Source: an uncultured Cytophagia bacterium
GTDB lineage: Bacteria; Zhuqueibacterota; Zhuqueibacteria; Oleimicrobiales; Geothermoviventaceae
Reading direction: 5' to 3'
Length of the DNA stretch: 64,000 bases
Assembly (NCBI GenBank): GCA_964644845.1
Contig: CAZXXS010000048.1
Span: forward strand, 19,695-83,694
Every line of letters begins with the position of its first letter. The first letter of the stretch is position 1. A program made the translations under genes and the position numbers. The notes beneath the pieces were generated by a model that had not been told where the DNA came from, ran no database searches, and saw only the letters and a list, made by a program, of their open reading frames with translations. This document shows positions 38,886-49,480 of the stretch, piece by piece.

Positions 38886-39864
38886 GATTCTACTACCTCC
38901 AGCCGTTTTCATGTGCATCGCTTTGCCCCCAAATTCGTTGCCAGTTCGTAACAAAACCCGGTCTGCACACACAGCAAGAGCCGGTCTCGCCACGCCTCTC
39001 TGCAAACAAACCCAGCGAGATCGGCTCTCATCGAACCCTTTAGACGCAGGTGCCTCCGAAAAGTTTCATTTTGAGTCCCGGTTGAAAATCAACGGAGGAA
39101 AGCCTCGGGTTGTTCCCCGCCTGTCTGTCGAAAAGTCAGGGCTGACCCCGCTTTTGGTTCTGCAAGACCGTTCCCCGCAAAGCAACTGGTCCTACCGCTG
39201 TCGAATCCACGACTTCCCCAGACCTTCGATCAAGCACTGAGTCTTCACTACCGGCAACCGCGTCGACTCGCGGAAACTCCTCAGTCCTGCTCAACTCCGG
39301 ACCTCTGCAGCTCAAAACCAAATCCGGCGTACCCGATGCCGCCAAGCCCTCTCTACCCCCTCCCCAAGCGCGCCGTTTGCGGCCAGCCGTTTGCACCTTT
39401 GTCCGGTTCGACGAGCTGCGACTCTGGTGGAACACCGTGGTCATTTCCAGCGCGTCGACAGGAAAGGCCCTCACACGTGTGCCCCAACTTGGGTCAGGTC
39501 GAGACCCGGGATGACTCGGTACTGGTGGTACACAGGAAAGGCTCTCCGGTCCAAAGAGCTGACGGCGGGTTGCGTTCCCCGGCTTGTCGCCGTGCTGGAG
39601 GAAAAGGCATGCCGAACGTTGCCCCAAAAGAAAAAAACCGAGGTCACTGACGAACCGGGGTTAGGGGGGTTACCGGTGTCGAATCAGCAACGCTCGGTTT
39701 TCGCCCCTTACCCTACAACAAATGTGCCAATTCCCCCAACTTTCTTTCTTCGGGCCCGCAAACCCGTTTCAACAAAACCAAATACTTACAAAGGACAGCA
39801 ACCAGCCATTTTCCGTCTTCTGAGCGAAATCGAAGTCCGGTTGCAGGATGCAACCTTCCAGGTT

Positions 39865-41244
39865 TCATTCTGCAACATTGTTCACCTCAGCCGAAAACGC
39901 ACCGTCGACTCCGTACTGCCTGAGCTTCCTCCACAACGTCGCCCGCGAGAGACCCAGCACGTCCGCGGCCTTCTTTCGATTTCCCCCGTACTTGTGCAAC
40001 ACGTGGAGAATGTAGAACCGCTCCAACTCTTCCAGGGTCATGTCTTTACGTCGGGTCACCTGGATTAACGACTCGTCCTCACCCCAGAAATGCGGCGGCA
40101 GATCTTCGGGCATGATCCGGTCGCCCTGGCAGAGGACAACAGCGCGTTCCATTACATTTTCCAGCTCGCGCACATTGCCCGGCCAGTCGTACTCCATCAG
40201 CAGCGCCAGGGCCTGGCTCGAGATCCCGACGGGCGCTCGACCGAGCTCTTCCGAAAAACGGCGGGTAAAATGTGCAGCCAGCACAGGAATGTCCTCCCGA
40301 CGCTCCCGCAAAGCTGGCAAACGAATCGGGATCACACTGAGCCGGTAGAACAGGTCCTCCCGAAACCTACCCTCCCGTACCAACTTCTCAAGGTCCTGGT
40401 TGGTCGCAGCGATCAAGCGCACGTCAACCCGCCTCGAGCGTGTGTCGCCCACGCGCCGCACCTCGCCATCCTGGAGGAAACGGAGCAGCTTCACCTGCAG
40501 CGCTGGACTGGTTTCCCCAATCTCGTCCAGGAAAAGGGTGCCGCCGTCTGCTTCCTGTACCAGCCCAATCTTATCGCGAATGGCTCCTGTGAACGCACCT
40601 CTCACGTACCCGAAGAATTCGCTTTCCTGCAGGTTTTCAGGAATTGCGCCGCAGTTCACCGCCACCCACGGCCCCTGGGCCCGATTGCTGTTAGCGTGAA
40701 TGGCACGGGCCACGAGTTCCTTGCCCGTACCGCTTTCGCCTGTGATCAAAATGGTGCTGTCCGTCTTCGCAACACGGGTGACCATTCGCATGACGTCCAT
40801 CATCTTGCGGCTGCGTCCCAGGATTGCCTCTGCGCCGTACTTCTCGCGCAGACGGGCGCGGAGTTCGTTCACCTCTTCCTCGAGCCGCCGCATGTCCAGG
40901 GCGCGTTCCACCAGCATCACCAGCTCTTCGTTGTCGAAGGGTTTGGTCACGTAGTCGAACGCTCCTTCTTTCATCGCGCGAACACCCGACTCAACGCTGC
41001 CGTAAGCCGTAATCACGATGACTTCCATCGGCGGCGCCACGCGTTTGGCCCGGCGCAGCAGCTCCAGACCATCCATCGGACTCATTCGTAAGTCCGTGAT
41101 CATCAAGTCGTAGACCTTGGCAGCGATCTTGCCGAGGGCCGATTCACCGGAATCTGCCTCATCCACGTGAAAACCCCGACGGCGAAGAAAAATCGAAAGC
41201 GATCGTCGAACGTTCGGTTCGTCGTCGACCACCAGAATGTTCAT
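39865..41244 (-). CDS. sigma54-dependent two-component response regulator (NtrC family: REC + AAA+ + Fis HTH)
   Basis: REC domain (DLRMSPMDG), GESGTGKE, ESEFFGYVRGAFTGA, C-terminal HTH. Confidence 0.93.
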   Translation of the reverse strand: MNILVVDDEPNVRRSLSIFLRRRGFHVDEADSGESALGKIAAKVYDLMITDLRMSPMDGLELLRRAKRVAPPMEVIVITAYGSVESGVRAMKEGAFDYVTKPFDNEELVMLVERALDMRRLEEEVNELRARLREKYGAEAILGRSRKMMDVMRMVTRVAKTDSTILITGESGTGKELVARAIHANSNRAQGPWVAVNCGAIPENLQESEFFGYVRGAFTGAIRDKIGLVQEADGGTLFLDEIGETSPALQVKLLRFLQDGEVRRVGDTRSRRVDVRLIAATNQDLEKLVREGRFREDLFYRLSVIPIRLPALRERREDIPVLAAHFTRRFSEELGRAPVGISSQALALLMEYDWPGNVRELENVMERAVVLCQGDRIMPEDLPPHFWGEDESLIQVTRRKDMTLEELERFYILHVLHKYGGNRKKAADVLGLSRATLWRKLRQYGVDGAFSAEVNNVAE

Positions 41245-41358
41245 GTTAATGACCTCATCACATCCACTGCTTTACGGCTCATCGCAATCCCCAAAGAACT
41301 TTGGCGAAAACCGAGCTGTGTCGACCACGCAGGTTGAACGGTGAGCACTCAGAATTGT

Positions 41359-44300
41359 TCACCGAAAGCGACCTTCTGGCCACCACGACTCGCTGAGCTG
41401 TGTGGACTCCTCAAGTCCGCCTTCCGTCTCATCTTGGTTACGAAGGGGCAGGTAAACTCGAACCTCCGTTCCCTCACCAGCCTTGCTTCGCAACTCCATT
41501 CGCCCACCGTGCGCGCGAACAATTCCGTCCGAAATGGGCAGCCCCATGCCCACTCCCGTGGGTTTGGTCGTGTAAAAGGGCTGAAAAATCTTCTTACGCG
41601 CTTCCTCAGGGACACCGGGGCCGTTGTCCGCCACAGCAATCCAAGCGTGGCGCTGTCCCCCCTCACCGGCGTAGAGCCCAGAGGAAACCCGTACCACACC
41701 TGTCGCTTTTTCCTTAACGGCATCGACCGCATTCTGCAGCAAATTCACAATGACGTGTTTCAAAAGTTGACTGTCCACGGGCACACGAGGGAGCCCTTCG
41801 TACAGAGTGGTTTCCAGCTTCACGTTCTCCGGAACTTCCAGGCGGTAGAGCCTCAGTACATTCAGCACAAGAGCGTTCAGATCGCTCTGTTCTTTGCGAG
41901 GTCTTGGCAACCTGGAAAACCGCAGGAAATCGTCGAGTACGCGGCTCACACGTCGCGACTCTTCCAACACAATTTCCATGAGCTCACGGTCTTCTCCACT
42001 CACGTCCAGGGTGTCGCCCAGCGCGCTCACCGAGGTAGTAATGGCCGCCAGCGGATTCCGAATTTCGTGTGCAATTGCCGCTGCCAGCTCACCAACCGCT
42101 GCCAGCTTCTCAGCCTCAGCTGCTCGTTTCTCCAATTCCCGCTGCGCCGTGATGTCGATCAGCCCGATTAGCTGTCCCCGAAACGGGTCACGCACCCTCT
42201 GCCGCGTTGCCCGCACCCGCAAACGACGCCCATCTGCGCGCACAAGACTGAGTTCCGTAGTGCCGCCGTCCACGCCAGTTTCGGAGCCGGTATCGGTCGC
42301 CCATTCCGGCAGTTCTCCTGCCGCCACGAACTCCGCAAACCGACGTCCTGACTCCAGGTCCTGAATGGACAGACCGAGCAGGTCCGCCCCCTGCCGATTC
42401 ACCAAACGAATAACGCCTTCCTCGTCCAGCAACACCAGTCCGACCGGCAGATTCTGAAACAGCGTTCGGTAGTTCTCTTCCGACTCCCGAAGCGTGTTAA
42501 CGAAACGAGTGCGTTCCACCGCTGCCACCAACTGACTTGCCAGGGTCCACAGGAAGTTCATCGCCCCGGTTTCACCAACAGGCAGTTCACGGTCGAAAAG
42601 CACGGCAAGTGTGTTTCGCGACCCCACGGTCGGAACCGAAATCGTCGCCAGGCACACTCGGAACGTTTCGCTACGAGCACCGATTGCGGTCGTCCGGCAG
42701 ATTCCCTCCCGTTGCGCCTCCTCCACGGCGGCAAGAATGTCCGACTCGCGGATTCCTCGTTTGGCCAAACCGACGTGCCGGACGCAGCGGCCCCCAGCGC
42801 GCTCGCGCACCCAGAACGCCCCAAGACCACCGAAAGCGCGGATAGCCTGCAGCATGGCGTAGCGCACCAATTTCTCGGCGTCTTCTTCGGCCGAAAAGAA
42901 ACGCCAGGTGCGCAAAAGCCGCCGCGAGAACGCGAGATTGGCGCTCAAGTCCTCGAACAGGCGGCGGTTGGTAAGAGCCAAACTGAGTTGCGCCGCCACC
43001 TCGTTGAGGAATGGAAGGTCCCGCTCCGTGAAGTATCCTTCCCGGAAAGACCCGAGATTCAAACTTCCAAACACCTTGTCTTGCGCGATCAAAGGAACGT
43101 TGATCGCCGAACGGATTCCGTAAGCTAGCACTCGTTCGTCGACGCGGCTCCGGCGACGCGTCAGACGCAGGTTGCTGATGATTCGCGCCTTGCGTGACCG
43201 GACTACGCGCCCCAGGAATGAGTCGCCAGCGTCGAAAACTTCGCCAGGCTGCACGCGAAGCGGTTTGGAGCCTTCAATTGCGATCACCTTGAGCGTTTTT
43301 TCGCGAGCGTTGATTGCTGTCACAGAAGCCAGGTCGTAAGGTAACACACGTTTCAACGCCGTCAGCGCTCTCTGACCCAGCTCCTGAGCATCGATGTTCC
43401 CTCCCGTCAGACGCCCCAACTCCGCCAGCAATGCGGCCCGTTCAGCCTCTACCTGGTGCCGCTGAAGGTCCAGAGCGGCGTTGATGGCCATGGCCGCATG
43501 TCGCGCCCCAACCAACATGTTGCGCACCTGCTGCGCGGACGGCCACACGCCTTCCGGCAACCCGAACAGCATGTACGCCTGCGTTTGCCCGTAGACCCGG
43601 CATGGCACCACCCAGATTTGCTTTGCCCGCGGCGGTTTGGACCACGCACGTCTGAGAGCAACGGCCGCACGACCAGTGACAAGATGCGCCCCCTCCGGGC
43701 TCGCATGCTTTTCCGCCTCCTCCAGACGTTTGTTCCACGTCCGCAGACGCTTGTGCCCGGTCAAAGTCTCACCGTTCCAGACAACAGCGCCATTTTGCCA
43801 GAATTTGCCGTACGGCAGCATAAGCCCTGTGCGCTCGTTTCGCACAGCCATGCCCAGCCAGCAACACGGGTACAGCTCCGAAACCGCGCTGCCAATTGCC
43901 TCCACGATTGCCCCGAGATCCCTGGCGTCCAGCAACGCGCTGGACAGGCGCAGCAGAGTGGTCTGGAGCTGCAACGTCTTGTTCAACCGCTGCACCAGTC
44001 TCGCGTTTTCGAGCGCCAGGGCCAGTTCTCGTGCCACGGTGTCCAGCCCAGCCTGACCGACCAGCACCAGCCTCGGCTGCTTCGCTTCAACGCCGAGGGC
44101 ACCAACGAGTCGTCCGTAAGCGCGTAGCGGAAGTACCATCCCGCGAGGCGACACGCCCAGTGCCCGCCTTACGATCCGGTCCCTGTTCAGTTCGTCCAGG
44201 TTTTCCGGAAGAACAACACGGGGCCGCGGTTTGAGCGCCCAACTTCCAGCCGAGGTCACAAAGTCCAGTGCCTGTCCGTCTTCGGAAATCTGGTACAGCA

Positions 44301-45747
44301 CTGCCCCTGTGTAGCCTGAGGCGTCCACAAAGAGTGTCAGAGCCTTCTGCACTGCATGAGCGGAATCCTCGAGTTGCGTGGCCAGCGAACCCACACGGTT
44401 ACTGATCACGAGCTCCCGGTGACGCCGACGAACCTGTTCAACCTCTTCCACGTCGCGGAGCAACAGAGACAATTGGGCCGCCAGTTCGTTCACGAAGGAT
44501 TCCGCGGACACGCGGACACCTGCTGGCCACTCAACCCCAAGCACTCCACGTGCGGCGCCGCCGTAGTCGAGACTTTTAACCAGAATCTGCCTCTCTTCGC
44601 CCCTTTTGTTCTGGACTCGTTGCCACGAAACACTCAACCCGCTTCTTCGCATCGAAGCCAGTTCGTGCAGCCGCTGATCCAGCGAAACGACGCTGCGCCC
44701 TACGGTCAGGGTGTTGGGGATGTTCGATTCATCCTGGCCGTCACCTTTCCGAAACTGCAACCACACAGCGCTGGCCGAAAGAGCGCGTCGCGCCTCAGAC
44801 AATGTCTCAAGCAACACGCGGTACCCCCCTGCCGACCGATCCAGAAAGGACGACACGCGACTCAGCGCCCTGAGCTGAGCGGCTCGACTCTCTTCCCGTT
44901 CGTGTTCGGCTCGTTGCCTCACGACAACGGAAGCGTGAAGCTGAATCCAACGCGCCAGGCGTGCCCAATCGTAGTTGCGTCTGCTCTCCACAAACGCGAA
45001 AAACCGAAATCCCTCACCCAAAGGCGGCAGGGGCAAAAGCCAAGTGTTTTCCGTACCGCTCAACCCGGGCGCCAACCGCAGAGGCTCCGAGAAACGTTCC
45101 TCTCCGAAAACCGCACACCAGTCCTTTTCGGACACCCGAGCAAGCTTGCCCCGCCTGACCAGCCACTCCGCCTGACCGTCGCTTCTGGGCACGTAGCCCA
45201 GACACACGTGGCGAAGCCCGAGGTGTTCACGCACGACTCGTCCGAAAGCACGCAAAACATCCTGGAACGTGTGCCCGCCTGCGTAGTAGTGGCCCAGGTC
45301 GCTGAACATCCGCATGATGACACTGTCCGTCCGCGCCTCGCGATCTCGTTTCTCCTGGTTCCACCACACAGTCACCCGCTTGGCCAGCCACCGCAGCGTG
45401 TCCTCCGCAAGGCGTTCAACTTCTCCCGTCTTCCGCCGCCACTCAAACGCAAAAACAGCGGTTTGGCCTTCATCCAGCTTCACGCAAAAACTGGCCGAGA
45501 TTCGACCACCCTGCTCCACGTTCAGCGCCGGTTCGGAGCAACCTGTCGCGCCATCCACGGCGGAGTCCGTGCAGTCCCTGTGAATCTGTCCAAGCGCAAC
45601 GCTGTTCGCGCCCACTACACGGACACACGCTTTTTGCGCGCCCAGGAAACGTCTACAACCCTCAAGCACCAGCTCCAGCGCTTTGTCTCCTTTGCCAGAG
45701 GCCTGCTCCAGGGTCTCTTCAAATCGTAACAGCCGGTTCGTAATCAC
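41359..45747 (-). CDS. 1462-aa multi-sensor (GAF/PAS) hybrid-architecture histidine kinase
   Basis: H-box AAAIAHEIRNPLAAI. HATPase DNGPGVPEEARKKIFQPFYTTKPTGVGMGLPIS. Long N-terminal region of repeated GAF/PAS-like modules. Immediately upstream of the NtrC-type regulator. Confidence 0.9.
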   Translation of the reverse strand: MITNRLLRFEETLEQASGKGDKALELVLEGCRRFLGAQKACVRVVGANSVALGQIHRDCTDSAVDGATGCSEPALNVEQGGRISASFCVKLDEGQTAVFAFEWRRKTGEVERLAEDTLRWLAKRVTVWWNQEKRDREARTDSVIMRMFSDLGHYYAGGHTFQDVLRAFGRVVREHLGLRHVCLGYVPRSDGQAEWLVRRGKLARVSEKDWCAVFGEERFSEPLRLAPGLSGTENTWLLPLPPLGEGFRFFAFVESRRNYDWARLARWIQLHASVVVRQRAEHEREESRAAQLRALSRVSSFLDRSAGGYRVLLETLSEARRALSASAVWLQFRKGDGQDESNIPNTLTVGRSVVSLDQRLHELASMRRSGLSVSWQRVQNKRGEERQILVKSLDYGGAARGVLGVEWPAGVRVSAESFVNELAAQLSLLLRDVEEVEQVRRRHRELVISNRVGSLATQLEDSAHAVQKALTLFVDASGYTGAVLYQISEDGQALDFVTSAGSWALKPRPRVVLPENLDELNRDRIVRRALGVSPRGMVLPLRAYGRLVGALGVEAKQPRLVLVGQAGLDTVARELALALENARLVQRLNKTLQLQTTLLRLSSALLDARDLGAIVEAIGSAVSELYPCCWLGMAVRNERTGLMLPYGKFWQNGAVVWNGETLTGHKRLRTWNKRLEEAEKHASPEGAHLVTGRAAVALRRAWSKPPRAKQIWVVPCRVYGQTQAYMLFGLPEGVWPSAQQVRNMLVGARHAAMAINAALDLQRHQVEAERAALLAELGRLTGGNIDAQELGQRALTALKRVLPYDLASVTAINAREKTLKVIAIEGSKPLRVQPGEVFDAGDSFLGRVVRSRKARIISNLRLTRRRSRVDERVLAYGIRSAINVPLIAQDKVFGSLNLGSFREGYFTERDLPFLNEVAAQLSLALTNRRLFEDLSANLAFSRRLLRTWRFFSAEEDAEKLVRYAMLQAIRAFGGLGAFWVRERAGGRCVRHVGLAKRGIRESDILAAVEEAQREGICRTTAIGARSETFRVCLATISVPTVGSRNTLAVLFDRELPVGETGAMNFLWTLASQLVAAVERTRFVNTLRESEENYRTLFQNLPVGLVLLDEEGVIRLVNRQGADLLGLSIQDLESGRRFAEFVAAGELPEWATDTGSETGVDGGTTELSLVRADGRRLRVRATRQRVRDPFRGQLIGLIDITAQRELEKRAAEAEKLAAVGELAAAIAHEIRNPLAAITTSVSALGDTLDVSGEDRELMEIVLEESRRVSRVLDDFLRFSRLPRPRKEQSDLNALVLNVLRLYRLEVPENVKLETTLYEGLPRVPVDSQLLKHVIVNLLQNAVDAVKEKATGVVRVSSGLYAGEGGQRHAWIAVADNGPGVPEEARKKIFQPFYTTKPTGVGMGLPISDGIVRAHGGRMELRSKAGEGTEVRVYLPLRNQDETEGGLEESTQLSESWWPEGRFR

Positions 45748-45990
45748 CGTTCGCTACCCGTTTCTACCGTCCGCCCGAAACACCCCCCCTGTTACGAGCA
45801 AATTTCCAAACACCCAACACCGCCCTGTGCGGACACACGCGCACAAACCCGACCGCGTGGGCCCTTTCGCAGTCCCGTTGCTTCAACGTGCTTGTAGTCC
45901 TTCTGCCGGTCCCGCCGGCTTCACCCAACGAAGGGGGACCTGTTCTGCTCTGCAATTTGCCCGAGTAGATGAGGCCAAGCAAACCCCGGC

Positions 45991-48900
45991 TCAACGCAAG
46001 TAAAGCAGTTTGCGAACGCCGAACACCTTTTCCCCGGCCACGGCCCGAATCAAGTACAGCCCGCTGCTTGCAGGCACGCCGCTGCTCGTGCGACCGTCCC
46101 AGCGTAAAGTGTGCACGCCCACGCTCAGGCTCCGGCTAAGAAGCGTCCGAACCACGCGCCCCCGCAGGTCCACAACCTGAACCGTCACCAAGCCGCGCTC
46201 CGGCACGGCAATGTTGAAGCAGGTAGCTCCGTTGAACGGGTTCGGAAAAGCTTTCGACAGCACCCACTCACGTGGCACGCTCGGATCGGCTTCTTTTCCG
46301 TTCACATCGGTCCTCAGGTCGACGGTTACAACGTTCCAGGGTGCTACCGGGTCCCACGATGCCACACCAACCCGCAGCGTGGACACACCCGCTGAGTTCG
46401 GTACCCGAATCAGCACCTTTTCCGATTGGCCAGAAGCCAGCGTCGCCAGGGGTTGGCCAACCCGCAGTCCGCGAGGGTGGAATGTGGGTAAGATCGCACG
46501 CCACAACGTTGAATCCGGCAAGACGTCGTACGTCTCAAAGCTGCCCTCAACCGTTTGCTGCTTTGCTTCCACGCGCACGGGAACCCAGGGAGCTACGCCC
46601 GCCAGGAGCGTCGTAGGCACCCGAACGTGGACTCTTCCGGGCTCAGACCAAACGCTACCGTTCACGTTGGGAACAAGTCGCCGCTGCCCGCTTTCCACGG
46701 CGTACACAACAACTCGGGCTGGTTCTTCACTCACTTCAAGGATCAAATCTGTCCCCATGCTGTCCCCAGTCACGGGAGAGTCGTCTAAGTCGAGGTAAAT
46801 GGACCAGCCAAGGGCATCTGGATTACCCGGCTTTCGCCAGTGCAGCAAACCAAACGTAACGAAGGCGGAATCCCAGGCAACCTCCAGCCCGGCCAGATCC
46901 AAGGACGCCTGTTCGTCCAGATCCCGCCAAATCACTGCGTCCCCGGGTTCAACCCAAACACCGCCGCTCGCCAAGACACTGTCTGGAGAAGGCAGAATTG
47001 CCAGGAAAAGTGGACCCGAGCCCGTGTTCTGAACATCCAGCTTGACCGTAACTGCTGCTCCTGAATCCGAGACCTCCACCCGCGGGACGCTGACCGAAGG
47101 TCGGAAAAGGGTCAATCGAAACCCGTCGGACCCGCTCTGAGGTACCGCGCCGGTGACCGCGTGGAAAGGCATCGCGCCGGTTTTCCAGGCCTGAAACGCG
47201 TACATCCCAGCGGGTAGCACAGCGGAAAAGTTCCCGAACCGATCCGCCGAAAACCGCCGCACTGCCGAGAGAGGTGCGTCCACCGGTCGGGCAACTACTA
47301 CAGCGCCCGCAGCCGCTTCGTTGCGTCCGAAATCCCACACGGACCCGAACACGGCGTACCCACCCCAGCCTGGCAAACTCAGCACGCGCTCAAACGCGCG
47401 CTCCCCGAGTTCAATCACCAGCAGCAACTGACTCACGTGGCCCGCCGGCAGGGAGTCAGAAGCAACAAATTCGAAAGCTCCTGCAAGGTCGATTTTCTGC
47501 CCAGGTCCTACAGGCGACAAACGCACCGTCGAATCGCTCACAGTGACGTACGGGTCGACACTCCGCAACACCACACGCCCCGTTGCCTCAACGTTGCCGA
47601 CGTTCTCGAGCGTCACGTTTAACCGTAGGGTTTCGCCCGGGTCCACCACGTTGTTCGCCGTCTCGGACGGTTCTTCCAGATCTACCTCCGTCAACGCCGG
47701 GACGGCTGCTTGAATACCGCTGGCGGCAAAGGCGTTCACGATTCCCCAACCGTACGTGTTGTTGGGCTGGTCCGCCTGGCTCGCGCTACCCAGGAGGGCA
47801 CTGCGCACGTCCCATCCGGTCCAATCCGGGTGGGCTTCAAGGAGAAGAGCACACACACCGCCCACAAGCGGCGTCGCCAGCGACGTGCCGCTCGCGTACC
47901 CGTAGGCATTCGGTCCGCCTCGCGTGGCACAGCGGGTGTGAACGCCCAGGGCACAAACCTCCGGCTTGATGCGGCCGTCGTACGTCGGCCCCCGTGAGCT
48001 GAAATCAGCGATGGTTCCCGAGAGTGTCACGGCACCTACGGAAATCACACTGTCACCGTCAGCGGGTGCGCTGATGTGGCCCCAGTTCGGGTCTGTGTTC
48101 CAGTTTCCGGCCGCTACAACCACGGCAATCCCCTGCCGGGCGGCCCAGTCTGCGGCAATCGTACACACTGCCGTGTTGCCGTCCATGTCCTTGAATTTGT
48201 ACCAGTCGTAGTAGCCCAGGGAACTGGAAATCACGTCGGCTCCCAAACTGTCTGCCCACTCCGCAGCCGCAGCCCAGTAGTCTTCCTCCACTGGCGTTTC
48301 ACTCCGCGTGTCTTCCGTTTTGGCCAGCAAAAAATCGGCACGGTAGGCCGGTCCGATCAGCTCTCCCGGCGTGTAACCCGCCAGTGTGGACCACGTCAGT
48401 GTACCGTGAGAATCCGAGTAGTCTTCCGGATTGTTCGGATCCCTTTGCGTGTCGTCATCTTTCATCACGAAATCGCGCTCGGCCACGATTTTCAGGTGCG
48501 AAAACGTTTCGTGATCTTTGTAGTAGCCGACATCCAGCATGGCCACAAGCACTCCTGCGCCTGTGTAGCCCAGCTCGTGGAGTTGAGGTACCGAGATTTG
48601 CTCCAGTTGATTCCGCGAGGCGCCGTAGTCCAGGTAGTAGCGACGCGCTACTACTTCGGCCCTCCCGGTAGGATTTGCTGTTTTTGCAAGCTGCACCCGC
48701 GGTCGTGAGGGCTTGGCGCCCGCAACCAGCCGCATTCGGGCCACAAAAGGCTCGTTCGCGATCTGCACCACCTGCCTCGGTGTGGCCCACAAACTGACGG
48801 CATTCAGCCAGCGCGAGCGCGTTCGCAACCGGGCCCCGGTCGCCAAAACCTCGCGCACGTAAGGCTCGTACACGGGAAGATCGGCGAAGTTCACAAGCCG

Positions 48901-49200
48901 CCGACGCCCGAGTTTCGCCCGTCGTCTCAGCGCCCGGCGCGTCAGTAGCTTCTCCGGCCGACTCAGAGCACGTTGCACCTCCGTTCTTCCCGCCAGGCCC
49001 TTGTCCGTGAAAAACACCCACACCTTCAGCTTTTGCCCGGGCTTCACCTTTTGAAGCCGGTCAGCGAAGAGTGCCGACCACTTGGGCCTCGCCGGTGCTC
49101 GGTACGGCTCCGTCTGGACTTCCTGAGCAGGCAATTTCAAAGCTCCCCCCAACACCCAGACCAGAGCCAGCGTTCCTGCAAGCTTCACCACACGTTCCAT
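45991..49200 (-). CDS. subtilisin-like serine protease (S8) with T9SS C-terminal sorting domain
   Basis: Catalytic D (VAMLDVGYY), H (DSHGT), S (GTSLATPLVGG). CTD FPNPFNGATCFNIAVPERG..GLYLIRAVAGE..KLLYLR. Start ATG 49200 (MERVVKLAGTLALVWVLGG signal peptide, GGAGAGG RBS). The track ORF extends to 49716. Confidence 0.88.
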   Translation of the reverse strand: MERVVKLAGTLALVWVLGGALKLPAQEVQTEPYRAPARPKWSALFADRLQKVKPGQKLKVWVFFTDKGLAGRTEVQRALSRPEKLLTRRALRRRAKLGRRRLVNFADLPVYEPYVREVLATGARLRTRSRWLNAVSLWATPRQVVQIANEPFVARMRLVAGAKPSRPRVQLAKTANPTGRAEVVARRYYLDYGASRNQLEQISVPQLHELGYTGAGVLVAMLDVGYYKDHETFSHLKIVAERDFVMKDDDTQRDPNNPEDYSDSHGTLTWSTLAGYTPGELIGPAYRADFLLAKTEDTRSETPVEEDYWAAAAEWADSLGADVISSSLGYYDWYKFKDMDGNTAVCTIAADWAARQGIAVVVAAGNWNTDPNWGHISAPADGDSVISVGAVTLSGTIADFSSRGPTYDGRIKPEVCALGVHTRCATRGGPNAYGYASGTSLATPLVGGVCALLLEAHPDWTGWDVRSALLGSASQADQPNNTYGWGIVNAFAASGIQAAVPALTEVDLEEPSETANNVVDPGETLRLNVTLENVGNVEATGRVVLRSVDPYVTVSDSTVRLSPVGPGQKIDLAGAFEFVASDSLPAGHVSQLLLVIELGERAFERVLSLPGWGGYAVFGSVWDFGRNEAAAGAVVVARPVDAPLSAVRRFSADRFGNFSAVLPAGMYAFQAWKTGAMPFHAVTGAVPQSGSDGFRLTLFRPSVSVPRVEVSDSGAAVTVKLDVQNTGSGPLFLAILPSPDSVLASGGVWVEPGDAVIWRDLDEQASLDLAGLEVAWDSAFVTFGLLHWRKPGNPDALGWSIYLDLDDSPVTGDSMGTDLILEVSEEPARVVVYAVESGQRRLVPNVNGSVWSEPGRVHVRVPTTLLAGVAPWVPVRVEAKQQTVEGSFETYDVLPDSTLWRAILPTFHPRGLRVGQPLATLASGQSEKVLIRVPNSAGVSTLRVGVASWDPVAPWNVVTVDLRTDVNGKEADPSVPREWVLSKAFPNPFNGATCFNIAVPERGLVTVQVVDLRGRVVRTLLSRSLSVGVHTLRWDGRTSSGVPASSGLYLIRAVAGEKVFGVRKLLYLR

Positions 49201-49267
49201 TTCAGCCTCTCCGTTGTATGAAATGCCCGGTCCGGCCCGAATCCGGCGGCTTGCACCCCGCTCCCGC

Positions 49268-49283
49268 CGCAATTGCCCTGCCA
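49268..49283 (-). promoter_or_regulatory. sigma54 promoter TGGCAG-G-GCAA-TTGCG (-24/-12) upstream of the T9SS S8 protease
   Basis: Minus-strand reading of 49283->49268. GG/TTGC in the canonical register with one mismatch in the -24 box. About 70 nt upstream of ATG 49200. Confidence 0.45.
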
Positions 49284-49335
49284 AACGCGTCTCAAGAATT
49301 GCGTTCGCCGTCGCGGTCACTGTCCTGGTTGGCGG

Positions 49336-49347
49336 GGCGAATTCGCC
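49336..49347. promoter_or_regulatory. perfect 12-bp palindrome GGCGAATTCGCC ~55 bp upstream of the -24 element; candidate enhancer-binding-protein site
   Basis: Read from sequence. Position appropriate for a UAS. Confidence 0.3.
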
Positions 49348-49480
49348 TGGGCGAGGCGAAGAGAAAGAAGAGTCCTGCCACCGAGTTGTGTTCCGCTTCT
49401 CGCAAAAAGGCCCTGCCAAATTAGGCCGGACCGGCAACGATCGCGGGGAATGGACACCAGAACCCCTCGAAGTGCCACGT

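Noticed and set aside
39006-39864. 860-bp gap between lytic transglycosylase and sigma54 regulator: possible tRNA or terminator (AAACCGAG...CTCGGTTT with A-run)
   Set aside because: The tRNA-like GGTGTCGAATC lacks acceptor and anticodon arms. The long-range stem is too irregular to call. ORFs 39136-39627 - and 39391-40068 + are low-complexity or antisense. Left as unexplained non-coding DNA.
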